Assembly (NCBI RefSeq): GCF_001194135.2
Contig: NC_068984.1
Span: 93,202,743-93,266,742, forward strand
Reading direction: 5' to 3'
Origin: Octopus bimaculoides
Taxonomy: Eukaryota
Length of the DNA: 64,000 nucleotides
In this document: one piece after another, positions 40,601 to 55,600 of the stretch
Numbering within the stretch: the stretch's first letter is position 1
How the letters are laid out: the number at the start of each line of letters is the position of its first letter
The notes under the pieces: generated by a model
The model's input: only the letters and a program-made list of their open reading frames with translations
Told to the model about the DNA's origin: nothing
The model's database searches: none
Program-made: the position numbers and the translations under genes

Positions 40601-43600
40601 TTGATGTAATTATCTATTTCTTTCTTTGAGTTCAAATCTCACTGAGGTTAACTTTGCCTTTTGTCTTTCCAGGTTTGATAAAATAAGATACCAGATTTAA
40701 CCCTTTAGTATTGAATCTGGCCATATCCAACCCAAATTTTCTACCTGTTTTATGTTCAAACTGGCCACATCCAGTCTTTTGCACCTACCCTACAATGTCA
40801 TTGTAAAAATAACCAATCACATCATCAAAACCTTGAAGCTACAATGTAATGCATGATTAATTCAAAACAATGTGAATATATAATAAATATTACATTTGAC
40901 AGAGAAAGCTGAATGCTAAAGGATTACATATCTCAAAATTGCTGGCCTTGTACCTAAATTAGAGGTCATTGTAATATTTTGTCCAAGCAAGCTTGACGAG
41001 ATAATAATGGTAATATTATTTATTTACTTTGGAAAGGTGAGAATATTACCCATGGTTTATCATGGGCTGCTGTTTCTGAAAGGGTTGGTACAAGATCTGA
41101 GAAACAGTGCCGTACCAAGTGGTTGAACTATCTTAACTGGAAACAGCAAGGAGGTGCTGAATGGACAAGACTTGATGATATCAACTTAATATTAAAGTAA
41201 GTTTTACTTAATTTGAAAGTAAAAGTTACATTTTGAAATTATTTGTTTTGAGCATAATACATTCTTAATCTTTTTGATACTAATCTGCCTGAAACTGCCT
41301 CCTTGTTTTAAAGTGATCTTAATTAAACCCTTCCATCAGAATTTCATACTAATTTATGTTTCAAATACTATCTTAATAATGACAAAGTTTTTGTTTTTTT
41401 TATATATAAATTCTTTATTTTTTAAATTAATTGAAATGAAGACTGTATTTCAACAAAAGTGTGGTGACAAAAAGGTTAAGGTTGTTTCTTAGAGCCATGT
41501 TAAGCATAAAGGTTTTCATTATATTGCTTCTATATTTGTCATTTGTATAGTTATTGTTTATATTTGCTGTTGTGATGAAGTAGCTTGTGAACAAACATAA
41601 AATCAATCTTGAACAACTAAAAGTAATGCAAAAGATTTCAGAGATTTTTAAAAATTTTTATACAGGATGTCATCATCATCTGTAACAGATGAAACACAAA
41701 TTGATTGGAATGAATTAGCCAAAGATTGGCCCAGGTAATTTTCCACCATTGTTTGAATAGTATAGTATTAGATTTCACTATCTAAATATTCAAATTATAT
41801 TGCTATAATAACCTCGTTACAATGCTATAGAGTTTCTGAGTTGCAGTTTTGTCATAATTTCTTCATCAAATGATATCTTTGTTTTTCTAAATACCTTAAA
41901 AATTGTTATGTAGTCAATTCTCGTTGCTTTGGAACTTTCGATTATAAATCCCATTAAACAAGGTAAGCAATATATACATTCTGTACTTTCATTATAATTG
42001 TTTTTATTCCTGTTATTACTTAGTGTTCGGTCCCCACAATGGCTGCGAGGCAAGTGGTGGTCTCTAAAAAGGCATGTCCCTGACTATCAAGTACTCTCAT
42101 TTTCTGGTAATTATATTTGTCTTATTTATATTTCTTTAGTCCTTTAATCCTTTTGAAGAATACCTTGAAACAACAACATCTAGGTGTCTGGAAAAGTATT
42201 GCTGTGTCAGTCTTTTGTGGATTATTTCCAGTGTTTTCACCATTAGCAATCACCATAACAGTGATTAACAAATGAGACAATTCTAAACTTTTTTTTTGTT
42301 GGAAGTTTAGTATCTACCATTATTGGCCTTAGGAAGCTAATTTACTGTGTAGAAATGTTTATAAAAACATTAAGTGGTGCAGGTGATGAAGATTGATAAT
42401 TTAATTATAAAAGGGTACTGACTGTATTTTTAATTATTGAAAAATAATGGGTTTGTTTTAGCACCTACTTCATCTTTAAATTATCAAATAATCTCATTTT
42501 GTAGGTTTTAAAATGTTTTTTACATATCCAGCTAAACCTAGAATTGAGAGGCCACAAAGTAAGCTTAACAGAGATTATTTAGTAAGTAGGAAAGAAAAGA
42601 CCCTGGTATATTCAGGTATAATCTGCAGAAAAAGAGTCAGTATAAACTCCATGCGCTATAGCCAATGTAAGCTATAAATACAAAAGAAGTACAGTGGAAT
42701 CACAGGCAAACTAACAGAAAATGTAAGCCTTTTTATGTGCCAGATGCACTGGAGTAATATATACTATGAGAAATAGATTCTCTTAAGTCCCAGATGGTTC
42801 AAGTGAAGTTGTTGGTAGCTTTTGTTACTTAGGAGATAAAATTAGCAGGAGCGGCAGATGCTCTGAAAGTTTAGTGGCTAAGGTAAGAACAGGTTGCAGA
42901 AAGTTATGGAAGCTACTACCACTGCTGACAACTAATATCTTTTTCCTCAGAGGAAAGAACAGACTGAATGATGCTTGTGTTAGAACTGTGATGCTGCGTT
43001 CTTGTGTTAGAACTGTGAAGCATGATTCTTGAATGCAGAAGACTTGCAAAGATTGGAAATTAACATGCTGCATTTTATGTGCAGTGTAAGTTTTCATGAA
43101 CAACAAAGTACAAATGTGTTGAGAGAAAAATTGGGCATAAGTGGAATTAAGTGTAGTGTACAAGAAAAATGGTTGTGCTGATATGTGATGTGTTTGTTGA
43201 GGACAACTGTATATAGATAGAAGTATTCATCACTTAATATAGATGGAGCTTATGGAAGAGAGAGACACAGGAAGACATGAAACAAAGTAGTAAAGATTGA
43301 TCTGAGGACTGCAAAACTCACAGGGAAAGGGCTCTTCAAACTTTCCCACCACCTGTCATCTCTCTGTCACTGGCCTAACTGCAGTAGTCTGCTGCTGAAT
43401 TTACATGAGAACAGAACTGCATTTTCCATCTTTTTCTCTTTCTCTATACCCAGACCCATTTCACTTGACATCCATCCTTCATGTCCCTCTCTGGACAGAG
43501 AAAGAAAATCAGCAATAAAAATCAGGGCAGATTTACTAAAGCCTACAGTCAGTTGAGTTACTTCTGCTATTCATGAGATAAGTATATTTTCCACTTAAAT

Positions 43601-46600
43601 ATTTGCTTATATACAACAAGAATGCCATGAAAATATCATAAAAGAAAACAGTTCACTGAAGCTTATCATTTACCACTTTGTTTATGTGTATGAAAGCTTT
43701 ATCTAAGATATTTCTCTGAAATGTCATGTTAGTATTATGGACAAAGTAATTATATGTGTGTTAGGTGTACCCTTGTTTTGACATCATGTGATGGTTGTAA
43801 ACAGGCATCACCATCATACAAGCTATGTTGTCTGTTTCCAGTTTTCTGTTAAAAACATGTCTAGTCATGGGAAAATATTACCTAGCTTAGAAACAGGTGA
43901 GGTTTAGTGAGAGGAAGGGCAACTAGCTGTAGAAAATCTACCTCAACAAATTCCATTAGAAACATGCAAGTATGAAAAGGTGGACATTAAAACAATGATG
44001 ATGATTCTAGTTGAAAGTCATCTGCAAGAAATATTACGAACATTCACCTTCTAGAAATAGCTGCCAAGTCTCCTTCAAATCAGCCATAAAGACACATTGT
44101 ATCAGGTCATCCCATAAGTTCTGTCCGAATTTTGAATTAAAAAAACAAGTGATCAAATGTTATGATTATCTATGACTTCCTTCCATCTATTTACAAGCTT
44201 TTTAATCCCATCAATGTAAAACTCTTTTGGTTTCAAAGTGAAGAACTCTGAAATCTCAGTTTCGACCTCCCCCTGGCTTGCGAAAGTTATGTCCCCCAAA
44301 TGATTCTGTAAACTACAAAACAAATGGTAGTCTGAAGGAGCAAGGTTAGGAGAATAAGGTGGATGAGGAATTTTTTCCCAACCAAGCTCTTCGATCTTCT
44401 GTGATGTGATCTTTGCAGTGTAGGGTCGCACATTGTCCTGATGAAACATCACTCCTTTTCGATTCACTAAAGCGAGTCTTTTTTTCTTCAAAGCTTGGTT
44501 CAAACACTCTAATTGCTNNNNNNNNNNNNNNNNNNNNNNNNNNNNNNNNNNNNNNNNNNNNNNNNNNNNNNNNNNNNNNNNNNNNNNNNNNNNNNNNNNN
44601 NNNNNNNNNNNNNNNNNNNNNNNNNNNNNNNNNNNNNNNNNNNNNNNNNNNNNNNNNNNNNNNNNNNNNNNNNNNNNNNNNNNNNNNNNNNNNNNNNNNN
44701 NNNNNNNNNNNNNNNNNNNNNNNNNNNNNNNNNNNNNNNNNNNNNNNNNNNNNNNNNNNNNNNNNNNNNNNNNNNNNNNNNNNNNNNNNNNNNNNNNNNN
44801 NNNNNNNNNNNNNNNNNNNNNNNNNNNNNNNNNNNNNNNNNNNNNNNNNNNNNNNNNNNNNNTTTGCAGCTGCTTTCGGACAATTCATGAGACACCCATT
44901 TTCCAAGTTTAGGAACCTTTCCAAGTTGTTGAAGATGACGATGAACAGTTGTATAGTTTGAACTAAGCTTTATTGCCAATTCTTCAACTGATAATGCAGG
45001 ATTTTCTTCAAGTAATGCCTCAAGGAGCTTATCATCAAACTGAACTTGATGTCCTGTTGTATCTTCATCTTCAAGGCTGAAATCTCCACTTCTGAATTTT
45101 GCAAACCATCTTCTGCAAGTTCTTTCATTCAAGCATTCTTTCCCATAAACTGAGTGTATGTTTTGAGTCGCTTTGGCTGCAGAGTTTCCTTTTTTGTACT
45201 CATAAAGCATTATGTGCCTCAAATGTTCTTTGGATACTTCCATGTGAGAAAGGGTTTTAGTCAAAAAAATTTTAATTCTATTATTCTGTAAAATAATATT
45301 TGATTAGTTTAAATGTACACAAATGCATAAAAATAAATTTTAATTCCATTAGATATTCTAAAGTACTATTAAATTCAATTTTAAAACAGATAAAATCAGA
45401 CAGAACTTATGGGATGACCTGATAATAATGATAACAGAACTTTCACTATGCAAAGTGTGATGTGTATGTTACATTAAGTATGTGTGTATTTATGAGACTA
45501 ATGCAAAAAATAACAAGTAAAATAATTTTTGCCATTTATAATACCAAAAACAAAATATTCTTTATTATGCATGTAATATATATTAATTATAGTTAAAAAT
45601 ATTTCAAATTCTAAAATAACGTAATAAGAAAATAATCAATATTCATTTGCATTAATGTTCATAGGAAAAGTTTTTTTAAAAACCAATATATAAAAAGTAA
45701 AAAGAAACATGTTATATACAGCCAGAACAAGCATTGGATTCACTTAGATTTCATAATTTTTCTTATTCCTCTCTAATGTAATATCCGTTTGTTCAAGCAT
45801 ATTTTATTTGACCAAATATGAATTAGCAATGCAAAATGTCTTGCAGAGAAGCAGCTAGAATACAGCAATAAACAAGGAGACAAATTGCACAAAATTCTGA
45901 ACAACATAGAGAAGCACAGCCACAACTTCCTTCAAATCAACAAGAACATATTGTGGCTCAAAATGCTGAACAAAATAAAGCAGCATGATAGTAAGTTTCT
46001 TGAGAGCAGCAAGAACTTCTGTTTGCACAAAATACTGAACATCATAGAACAGCAAATCTTATTCAAAAACAGCCTGAACAGATTTTAGATCAAGATCCTG
46101 AACAACATTGTCAAGTATACCAGCAACTAAGAGCTCAGAATATAATTAATTGATGAAACAAGCAAATAAGGATAGTCAATGTTGCAAGACAGCATGATAT
46201 TGACTCAGTCATATCAGTAGCTGTCAATGTAACCTGTCAGAGTTGTGGCTTCATAACATACCAACATTCATAGGAAAGTGTCCTGGAGAAATATTGTCCT
46301 ATTCTGATTATGGTATTTGCTGTAAAATATGGTTTAATACTTCTAGAAGTACCAGATTGATCTGATTTACTATATCATTTGTTCATACTTAATTCAACAA
46401 AACAAAATATTTGAGAAGAAACATTCAACATTCAGTGCTTGGTTGAGTGTAAAATGAAAGTGAATGATGCTACATTCCTTTTCATTTACAGAATGCATGG
46501 AGTTAATAGATTCTTTTGAGCGCCAAGAAATACTATTATTGATGCACTATCCAGTCTACAAACTTACATTTATGATTCTGAAGAACAAATTTGAGAATGG

Positions 46601-49600
46601 TTGCAGAAAATGAAAGATACTTTTATTTTATGTATGGTTCATTCTGTGATAGTTTTAAGAAGCACTTATTTACTATCATTCCTATTTATTCAAGAACAAA
46701 TTGATACCAGAAAATACTTTCTATTGGGCTATATACTGACAAAAACCCAGATGGTAAACACTCAAGAATGTATAACTTGTTTACATGAGGTTGCTGTATT
46801 GATTCCTGATAATGGCAAGGAAACACATCAAATTGAGTAGAGAACAATGTCTCCAAATATTTAGCAACTCATCAACCCTATGATCCCTATGACGTGTCCA
46901 TATATATTTCTTAGTGGCTTAGCTAGAGGGCAACTCAATATACTAAACCAAAGTTTAGAAAAGTTTGGAAAAGTTACATATCTTTAATTTCATTCTTTTG
47001 GGATAATATATTGTGAATATATCTATTCTAGTAGTTTTGTGTAGACCATTGTACCAAAGTCTTATTTGCTCATTTGCTGTGTATTCAAAACTGGCTATAT
47101 GAGATCTGTATAATGGTCTGGTGGCTTGCAGGCTGTGCTAATCAGACTGGAAGATGATACTTTCCCCAAAATGGGTTGTCCAAAATATATGGTAAAGTAG
47201 TACCAAGACATGATGGCTATCATAAAAGAAAAAAAAAATTGAAAAAGAACCTTCATTAATTGTGATTTTTATTTGCAATGAAAAGTGAGAAGAAATTACA
47301 AGAGAACTCAATGCAGATAAAACCAGTAGAGATTGTCTTGATATAACTCCTGAAGTTTTCTAAGTGAAGCAGCAGCAAGTTCTACAAGACTTCAAGTCTA
47401 GTATTTTTGGAAAATTAATGAGGCATGTGAGCACAATTGAATTTCAGAAAAGATGTTTATCTTATAATTTTTTTATAATTATAAAAAAAAAACATCCCAA
47501 AACATGACAAGAAATTGACTAAATTGTCTCTGCTGAACTCTTTTCAAATAATGCATAGTTGGTTTTTAGAGTTTGATGAAGTACATGATTCATGAACCTT
47601 GCATATTATATGGAAAATGCAGCAAGAATTACTCGTGTAGGTTCTATTCACAAACACCTAGTGTTGGAGACTGTTGTTCATTGTATCATTGGTGAAATCC
47701 AACTGAAAGTGGTCATACTGCTAACGTGTTAGTTCAGAATAGAGACATTGAAATGGCAATTGACATATAGTTCCTTGCAATTCTTTCAGTGACTTAAAAG
47801 CCTGCATCATTATTGAATGGTACATATCTGTCAAAGCTACCAACTATCTGTATAGTGGTAAGAAACTCTCGAGAGAGCTGAACAGCAAAAGGTCTTCAGA
47901 AAAAAAGACCCACTTAGACAAATGTTTCAGCCCTTAACTTACACTCTACAGAAGCCATGCTGCATCCAGGTCATGACTCCTGGGTGCCCTTCTGCTGACA
48001 CTTTTTAGCCACTTGGATATCTGAGATTTGTGCATCAAAACTACTTGAAGATTTCATCTAGTTGTAATTCCTCTCTGTTGACTCAGCTTTCAAACTTATA
48101 CTTAAGAAATAACATTGGTTGTCATCGTAGTAGTAAAATGTTAGCACTATCACATTGACTCACTCAGAGTTACTTCCCTTAGTGTTAAAATCCAAAAATA
48201 TTGCCTTCAATTGGTATGGAGATAGTTTTTTGTTCCTCCTCAACCAGATCCAGCTGGAACATCTCTCCACTGTCTCTGGTATTATTTTTAGGGCTTTGGT
48301 CCCGTTCTTCCCTGAGACTGAAAGTTGTTTCGTTAGATTGTAAGCAGATTTACCCACAAAACCTCTGGCTCCAAGCTCTATAGCGAGAACTGTGAATCAA
48401 AAGTTTGCTTACCTTAGGCTGTTGGTCAGACTGGTGTATTTTTCAGTTTTGATCTTGTATGCCTCTTCTATTCTACTTTCAAATGGCCCAGTGAGTTCAA
48501 TCAAAATCAGTTGTTTTAATAAACTGTAAGGGAGTACAATATCCATCCTCAAACCACTTGTCCTGATGATGTCTTATTGTTCTGTTGATCCTGGGAGGTC
48601 TGCTGAGCACTCCTAGTCCTCCACACCAGCCAAAAGATCCATTCCCATTCCTCGTATAGCATAGCTGTTCCTGGCCATGATTTTCTGTCTCTGGCTGTTG
48701 TTGGAAATTCTGGTTTTACTATTGCTTTATTCATTACATGTATGATCTCCTTAAACATTTGATTGTTCCCCCATTTGCATCTTCCTTAGGCTAGTGCAAC
48801 TCTGCAGCAGCTCAGAATGTGTGTCATTGTCTACTCCAGCAAAGTGGGAACTTAGGATTATCTGATTTGCCCTACTTCACTAGGTTTAAATTCAAAAGCA
48901 GGAGATCATAGACAAATCTGGAGATAAAAATTATTCTAAGAGGTGCTATGCACTACAAGTCATTCCAGGTGAGACACTTCTGGAGTGCACCTTCCTACAT
49001 TGTCCACTGGCTCTGTTGGCTATGTATTGTCTTTTGAATTCTTATGGCATACTCTTCCTTTATCACCTTCTGTAAAATCAGACCTCTCTTCATCTTTCCC
49101 CTAACCTCTGACCACTATTCTATTTTTCTTATGCTCAGTCTCTACCTATTAGCCTGAGTGTGTCCCATTATTTCTCTGATCATAAGGCTTTTCTTTGCTG
49201 CATCCATTGCCTCTTAGACTTTCCAATTCCTGCCTGTCTTCAGTGTGAGCCAGATTGACCTCACAACCTTGTCTTTCAAATCTTCTAGCATGGTTAAGAG
49301 CTTTGCTTTTCCAAATTTGTATTCCTTGACAATGAACTTGGCAACAGTAGAGTGCAACATCAGTAAGACCTAGTGGAACACTAAGCCACTTCCTGTGTAC
49401 TTGTTGATTTTGACCTTCATGTCCTCCACTATTCTAGTGCTGCAAACCTTTTTCCACCATTTGTTTGGTTTTGGTTCCCCTTTTCATATCTTTCAGGGTG
49501 TTGTCATACCACCTTCTGAGGCTTTTAACTGGTTCCTCTGCCACTGTTGGGATATTTTGGCTGGCTACTATAAACACAAGTGTTTCCACAAATTTCCCTT

Positions 49601-52600
49601 TCTGCAAAGAGAGGTTCTGGGATTTCTTTGGTTTGAACCTCATTCTGGAAGATGCAACTACCTTGTCCATTTCAGCATCCTGTGTGTTTCATCCTCCTTT
49701 GTGGGAAGGACTGTATGTATTGCCATCCATGAAGGCTTTTAGAGGTGACATCCAAAGTTCTTTTGGAACTAACCATTCCATTGTTGCCTTCAGGATGACC
49801 TCCATTTCCAACACAAAGGGCATAGGGAAAATTGCACAGCCCATTTTTATGCCCACTTCCAAATTGATCTTGGCAGTTGTGTACTCTTTCATGGTGAATA
49901 ACATAGAGAGACCACAAAAATATTTCTTCAGCATTTCTCGAATATTCTTTGGAACGTGTTACATCTCAAGAGCTAATTAAATCATCTTGTGTGGGACCAA
50001 ACTGAGCCATACCACATCAAGGTTGCTCTTTTCTGCTCTAGCTCTTTGGATTAGCTCCCAAGATCATTGAGGCATGTTCTACACAACCCAGCACTGTACA
50101 GGTGCCTCTGTTCTGAACTGACATATCTAAGTACTTATTCTCTGTAAGATATTTAGTTAACCTTGCTGTCATAGCAGAGAAGATTTTACCTTCAGCTTTC
50201 AGAAGTGATATTGGTCTGAATTGGCTAATGCCACTTGAATTCTGCTTTTTTGGAATGTATACTCCTTCAGCTTTTATTCATTGGTTGCTGATCTTCAAGT
50301 TCTTCTATGCTGGCCTTATAAAATTCGTAGAGCCTTCATGATTAATTCAAAACAATGTGAATAAGTAAGCATTACACTTGAATGCTAAAGGGTTAAATAT
50401 GAAAATTGCAATTACCTTGGGTCATTTGTATTATGTTACAGACTTTTCAAAATCCCTATTAATCAAAATAATTCTTCTGTAGAATGTCTTCATTGAAAAG
50501 TTATTTTTAAACTAAACAATACAGAAAATGCTCTTCAACAAGCTCAATCAACTAAATCCACAACTTATTTTCATGAAAATGCAAAGAATCCAAAAATGAG
50601 AAATTCCTTTTATTGCAACCTCCCTGAATATTATATGATGCAGTCATCATATACAATTTGGCAAAGAATGACAAGGCAGCCAAAAGAAATACTGGATACC
50701 ATCTGTTGTAGAGAGAACTCTTCATCACAAAGCCAGAATTACAAGATTTAATGTAGCCAAGTATAACCTGCAAAAGTTTTAAGCAAGCATACTGAGTATT
50801 TAATTTCCTTGAGAATGACCATGAATGGGACAGCTAACCAGCTCAGAAATCTATTTGTTATCTGTAAATTTATGTTTTGCAACAGTCTTATTGAAAATTT
50901 TCTATATCACAGAAGAGAAAAAAATGGCCATTGAAAATGTAAATGACATGCCATGCAATCCAACAAACCTGCGAATATTTGAAGATGAAAGAGAATTCAA
51001 CTAATCAACTAAAATGACACATCATAAAGATAAATATAAAGCATGGACTAAGAATGTTAGTTATGGACAAGTCATCTTAGTAAATGTAAATTTTGTAGAA
51101 TGTACATGCAGAGTTTTCAGAATGTGAAATAAAATATATTAAAAGATTATTTATTAAGCCATCCAAAATTTCAATAATTTATTCAATTAAAATGCACCTA
51201 ATATAATGTGTATTTTTCTGAAACTGAAATTAGAGGTAAAATTAATAAGTTCCTAATTCATTCAAAAACTCTTTGCATTTAAACTAAATACATTTTTTTA
51301 ATATTAAAACTATTATTTAAAATAGACAAACAATTTAAATTTAAAATTTTGTATTTTGCCAGAGCATCCAGTACCAAATTGGTTTTCCCTATTCATAATA
51401 TTTCACCCTATTATTTCAGATGTTGAGCATGCTGGAAATAAAACCCACTCTTTATCAAATAAATATGCAGTCAGCATCCTTAAGTTTGTTTTAGCTTGAC
51501 AATACACTTTAAACTTTTTAATTATATACTTTCAGTTTAATTGTAGTTGAGGCTGGTGACTTATTATTTAAATAGTTGAATTTTTTCATTCCAAACCATG
51601 CCACAGTTATTGAGGAAAGTTCATTAATCAGCCTTGAAATACCTACATCAGCTGGTTATACATCATCTCAAATCACTATCTGATTATGAAGATGTACTTT
51701 TTATGGTGACTTTATATTAAAAAAGAAACAAATACCTTTTAAATTATTGCTTCAAAAGTGTACAGTATTTTCTTGTAAATGTTAAGTTTACATTGTGCTT
51801 ATTTGTAATATTAAAAAAAAAATAAAACTTATTGATTTCCAAAGCTGAAAAGAATTTAATAGAATTATCTTAATTATGCAGCTCTTGTGAATTATTTGAA
51901 AGTGACACATCTGAATGTTCAACTAAAGAATCCTCTCAACAACAATCTTCGATTAGCCAAAGTTGATTTGCCACGTGTGAACAGCACAAATCCAGAGAAT
52001 CCATTCTCCATATCTGTACCTGTTCAAGCTGCAGGTAAATGCAATTCAATCTATATAATTATCTGCTTGTTTGTTTGCCTGTTATACTTTAGTTAGTTAA
52101 GTGGAGGTGGAGTAAAAGTGTGTGTGAGAGAGAGGGATGTGAGGAGTGTGAGTAGAGAAGTAGAGAAAGAGGCATAATAAGGCCAAATGGATCACATGAT
52201 TAGTCGAAGGGAGATGCAAAGAGCAAGAGAGAAAGTCAATGAGAGAAAAGAGGGAGAGAAAAGTATTAACGAAATGCTGTAGGATGGGGAGAGAAACGTA
52301 ATGAGAAAGAGATATGTTTAGGATACAATATTTAATGAAGGGTAATGTTCTGGTGGTGAGGTTAAAGAAAGGCAGATAAAGAGATGGGTAGGAGAGGCAG
52401 TTACATTATGAGAGAGTTAGTGAAAGTGAGAGATGAAGAGAAAGAGAGAAATGTTAAAGACATGAAGATGGAAATTACATGGTTAGAAGAGGTAGAGAAA
52501 AAGAGAGAAAATATAAAGTGCTTAGTAGAGGGAAATTTTAAGATATAATATATTATTGTGACTGGAAGTGAAATAGCAAAATAAAAATAGAAATGCAAAT

Positions 52601-55600
52601 CATCCTTTCTTTCTTAACCCTTTCATTACCAACCCGGCTGAAACCGGCTCTGGCTCTGAGAACAGATGTCTTGTTTTCATAAGTTTTGAATCAAAATCTT
52701 CCACCAAACCTTAGTCACAATTTATGTTCCTAACACTAGCTGAATGATAACTAAGTTATTTTACTAAACTCTTTGTTATATTTAAAAAGAAACACTGAGC
52801 ATCTCAAAATAAATTCAGTAACAAAAGGGTTAAATAGCTTCTCTTAATCTTTTTTAGTTAAAATTATTTTATTTATTTTCTCTTTAACAAAACATAAATT
52901 AACTCTAAGGCGCNNNNNNNNNNNNNNNNNNNNNNNNNNNNNNNNNNNNNNNNNNNNNNNNNNNNNNNNNNNNNNNNNNNNNNNNNNNNNNNNNNNNNNN
53001 NNNNNNNNNNNNNNNNNNNNNNNNNNNNNNNNNNNNNNNNNNNNNNNNNNNNNNNNNNNNNNNNNNNNNNNNNNNNNNNNNNNNNNNNNNNNNNNNNNNN
53101 NNNNNNNNNNNNNNNNNNNNNNNNNNNNNNNNNNNNNNNNNNNNNNNNNNNNNNNNNNNNNNNNNNNNNNNNNNNNNNNNNNNNNNNNNNNNNNNNNNNN
53201 NNNNNNNNNNNNNNNNNNNNNNNNNNNNNNNNNNNNNNNNNNNNNNNNNNNNNNNNNNNNNNNNNNNNNNNNNNNNNNNNNNNNNNNNNNNNNNNNNNNN
53301 NNNNNNNNNNNNNNNNNNNNNNNNNNNNNNNNNNNNNNNNNNNNNNNNNCTAATACCAACCACCCCACAGAGTAGACTGAGTGCTTTTTATGTGGCACCA
53401 TCACTGGCACATAAAAGTAAGTTGCAAAGCAAAGAATCTTTGAGAGGAGAGGGGGCAATGGTGGAGATGATCTTGTGTCAGAGGATGAAAGGTTAAAGTG
53501 TGACAGAGAGACAGAAACAGGTGTCTTTCTGTAGAGGAGATACAAAGTTATCCAGCCATAGAGAAAGAGAAAGAAGGAGAGTGAGATAACAAGAAAGATG
53601 ACAGAAACAGGTGTGCTGATGTCAAGGAGATACTTGGTTACCTAGCTAGAGGGAAGAGCAAGAGAAGGAGAGAGACAGAGATCAAGAAAAAAGGCAGAAA
53701 CAGGTGTAGAAGAGATACATGATTACCTAGCCAGAGGGCAAGAAAAGAGAAAGATTGGGAGACAGCAAGAGTGCAAAAGAGAACAGGAGAGAGTTGGTGG
53801 CGAAGTGCAAGGATATATTCACAAGGAACAGGAATCTGAGCATAAATGGGATGGTAGAGTAAGGAAGAGAGAGATAAATTGTGACAAGTGCCAGGGCATA
53901 CCCTCAAGGTATGAAGGGCATAATATTCATGGCAGGGCATTGTCAAGGCATCATGAATAGGGAGTGGGGGTGGGAAATACAGTGGCTAGTGGGAACATGG
54001 ATATAAAGAAGGGGCGGGGAAAAGTAGCAATCCAGTGAGCAGAAGATAATCATGCAGTTTTTCTTGCATAATAACCCATGGCAGTACCAAGTATTCACTT
54101 GATAAATCTTCCAAACTTTGATCCCCCATTGTGTGGGTTTTCCAAGATGTACAGCTAGAAACATACTTGACTTTTGTAACCCACCATACCCTCATCAACA
54201 GACAGGTATCTCCTTGTTTGTAGAATGTTTTATATATATTTCAAATGCAGTCAATGAGAAGTCTTATTTTAAATAATGGATCAAAGTTTAGTTCTCTGCA
54301 TACTTGGTACTGCTAGTGTCTCTTACATATAGGTACTGCGATAATTTCAAAAATCGGGTCCTTGTCATTATACTAGAAACATACTGGTCTCCAAAAGGTT
54401 CATCACTGTTCCAGTAGTTTGTATTTCTGGGTAGTTTTCTCATACTCATAAGTGTATTAATCACAAACAATGCTCAGATTTTGTCCAAACATGTGGGAGA
54501 CCATAAATTATTTCTTTGTTTACATTTTGCATAATGATTTGTTTTGGCAGTAATTGTTTCAAACAAATTAAGAGAAAAAAATAATTTAGAAAATTGTCTA
54601 ATGGTTTTATCTCCTGAAAAAGACTATGACTAGGTCTAATCTCTTCAGAAAAATCATTAAGAAAAACTGTTTTCAAATTTTTACTCCATTTACATACAAA
54701 TCCATTTTCTTTGTCACTACCATTGGAATTGCTGGTTTCACTTTCAGAAATCAAAAGATCGAATTCATAATCACACACCACGTGATTTTTGTGTTCACCA
54801 TATATGTTGCTTGATTTCTCCATGTCTTCAAATTTTTATTCACTGCTTGACAACATAAAATTGGTATCTATTTTTTGTCAGTATTGAATATTCTCAGAAA
54901 ATCAATCTCAAAAAAAATGTGGGGAAAAATCTCCAAAATTCACAGAGGTCAGATATCAATTATTTACAAAGTAAAGTCAATTATTTACATAGTAACTTAA
55001 TTATTTACATAGTGAAATCATATGTTTTCATGAATGGACTCAAAGTATGGAGGGCATACCTTGAATGATTAGGCAAATAAGAACCTTCCTTATGACTGAA
55101 CTTGGGACATAACTGACACTTGTATTGGTTGTCAGGGCAAAACTTTCTGAAGAGGACCAGAATTTCATTTTCTGTCAATAGGTGATGGCTTGGGATTAGT
55201 TTTCACTTGATTTACTGATTCTAAACTTAACTTGGCACTTGTTGCAGTCTTCTATTTATTGTGCTTCAAGTGTATTAACTTTTGATACTCTTCACTGGCT
55301 TGCTGTACAGTCATTTCTGGCCATAGTTCTAACTATGATAACAGTTTAGTATGAATATCTGCATCCAATGGTGATTGTAGACCAATAATGAAAATTAAAC
55401 ATTTAAACTGATTAAACTGAATTCAAATTGAAACATTCATATTTGTGATTTACTGTACCTGCATGGCTAACAAAATTCTTCTCCTTGGACTTGACAATGT
55501 TTTAAACAGTTGTATCTAATGTTAAACAAAGATGAGTTCACAGTAAAAATCTTCTGAAGTGTTTCAACTGTTTCATTGAAACTGATGTCTCAAAGATTCT

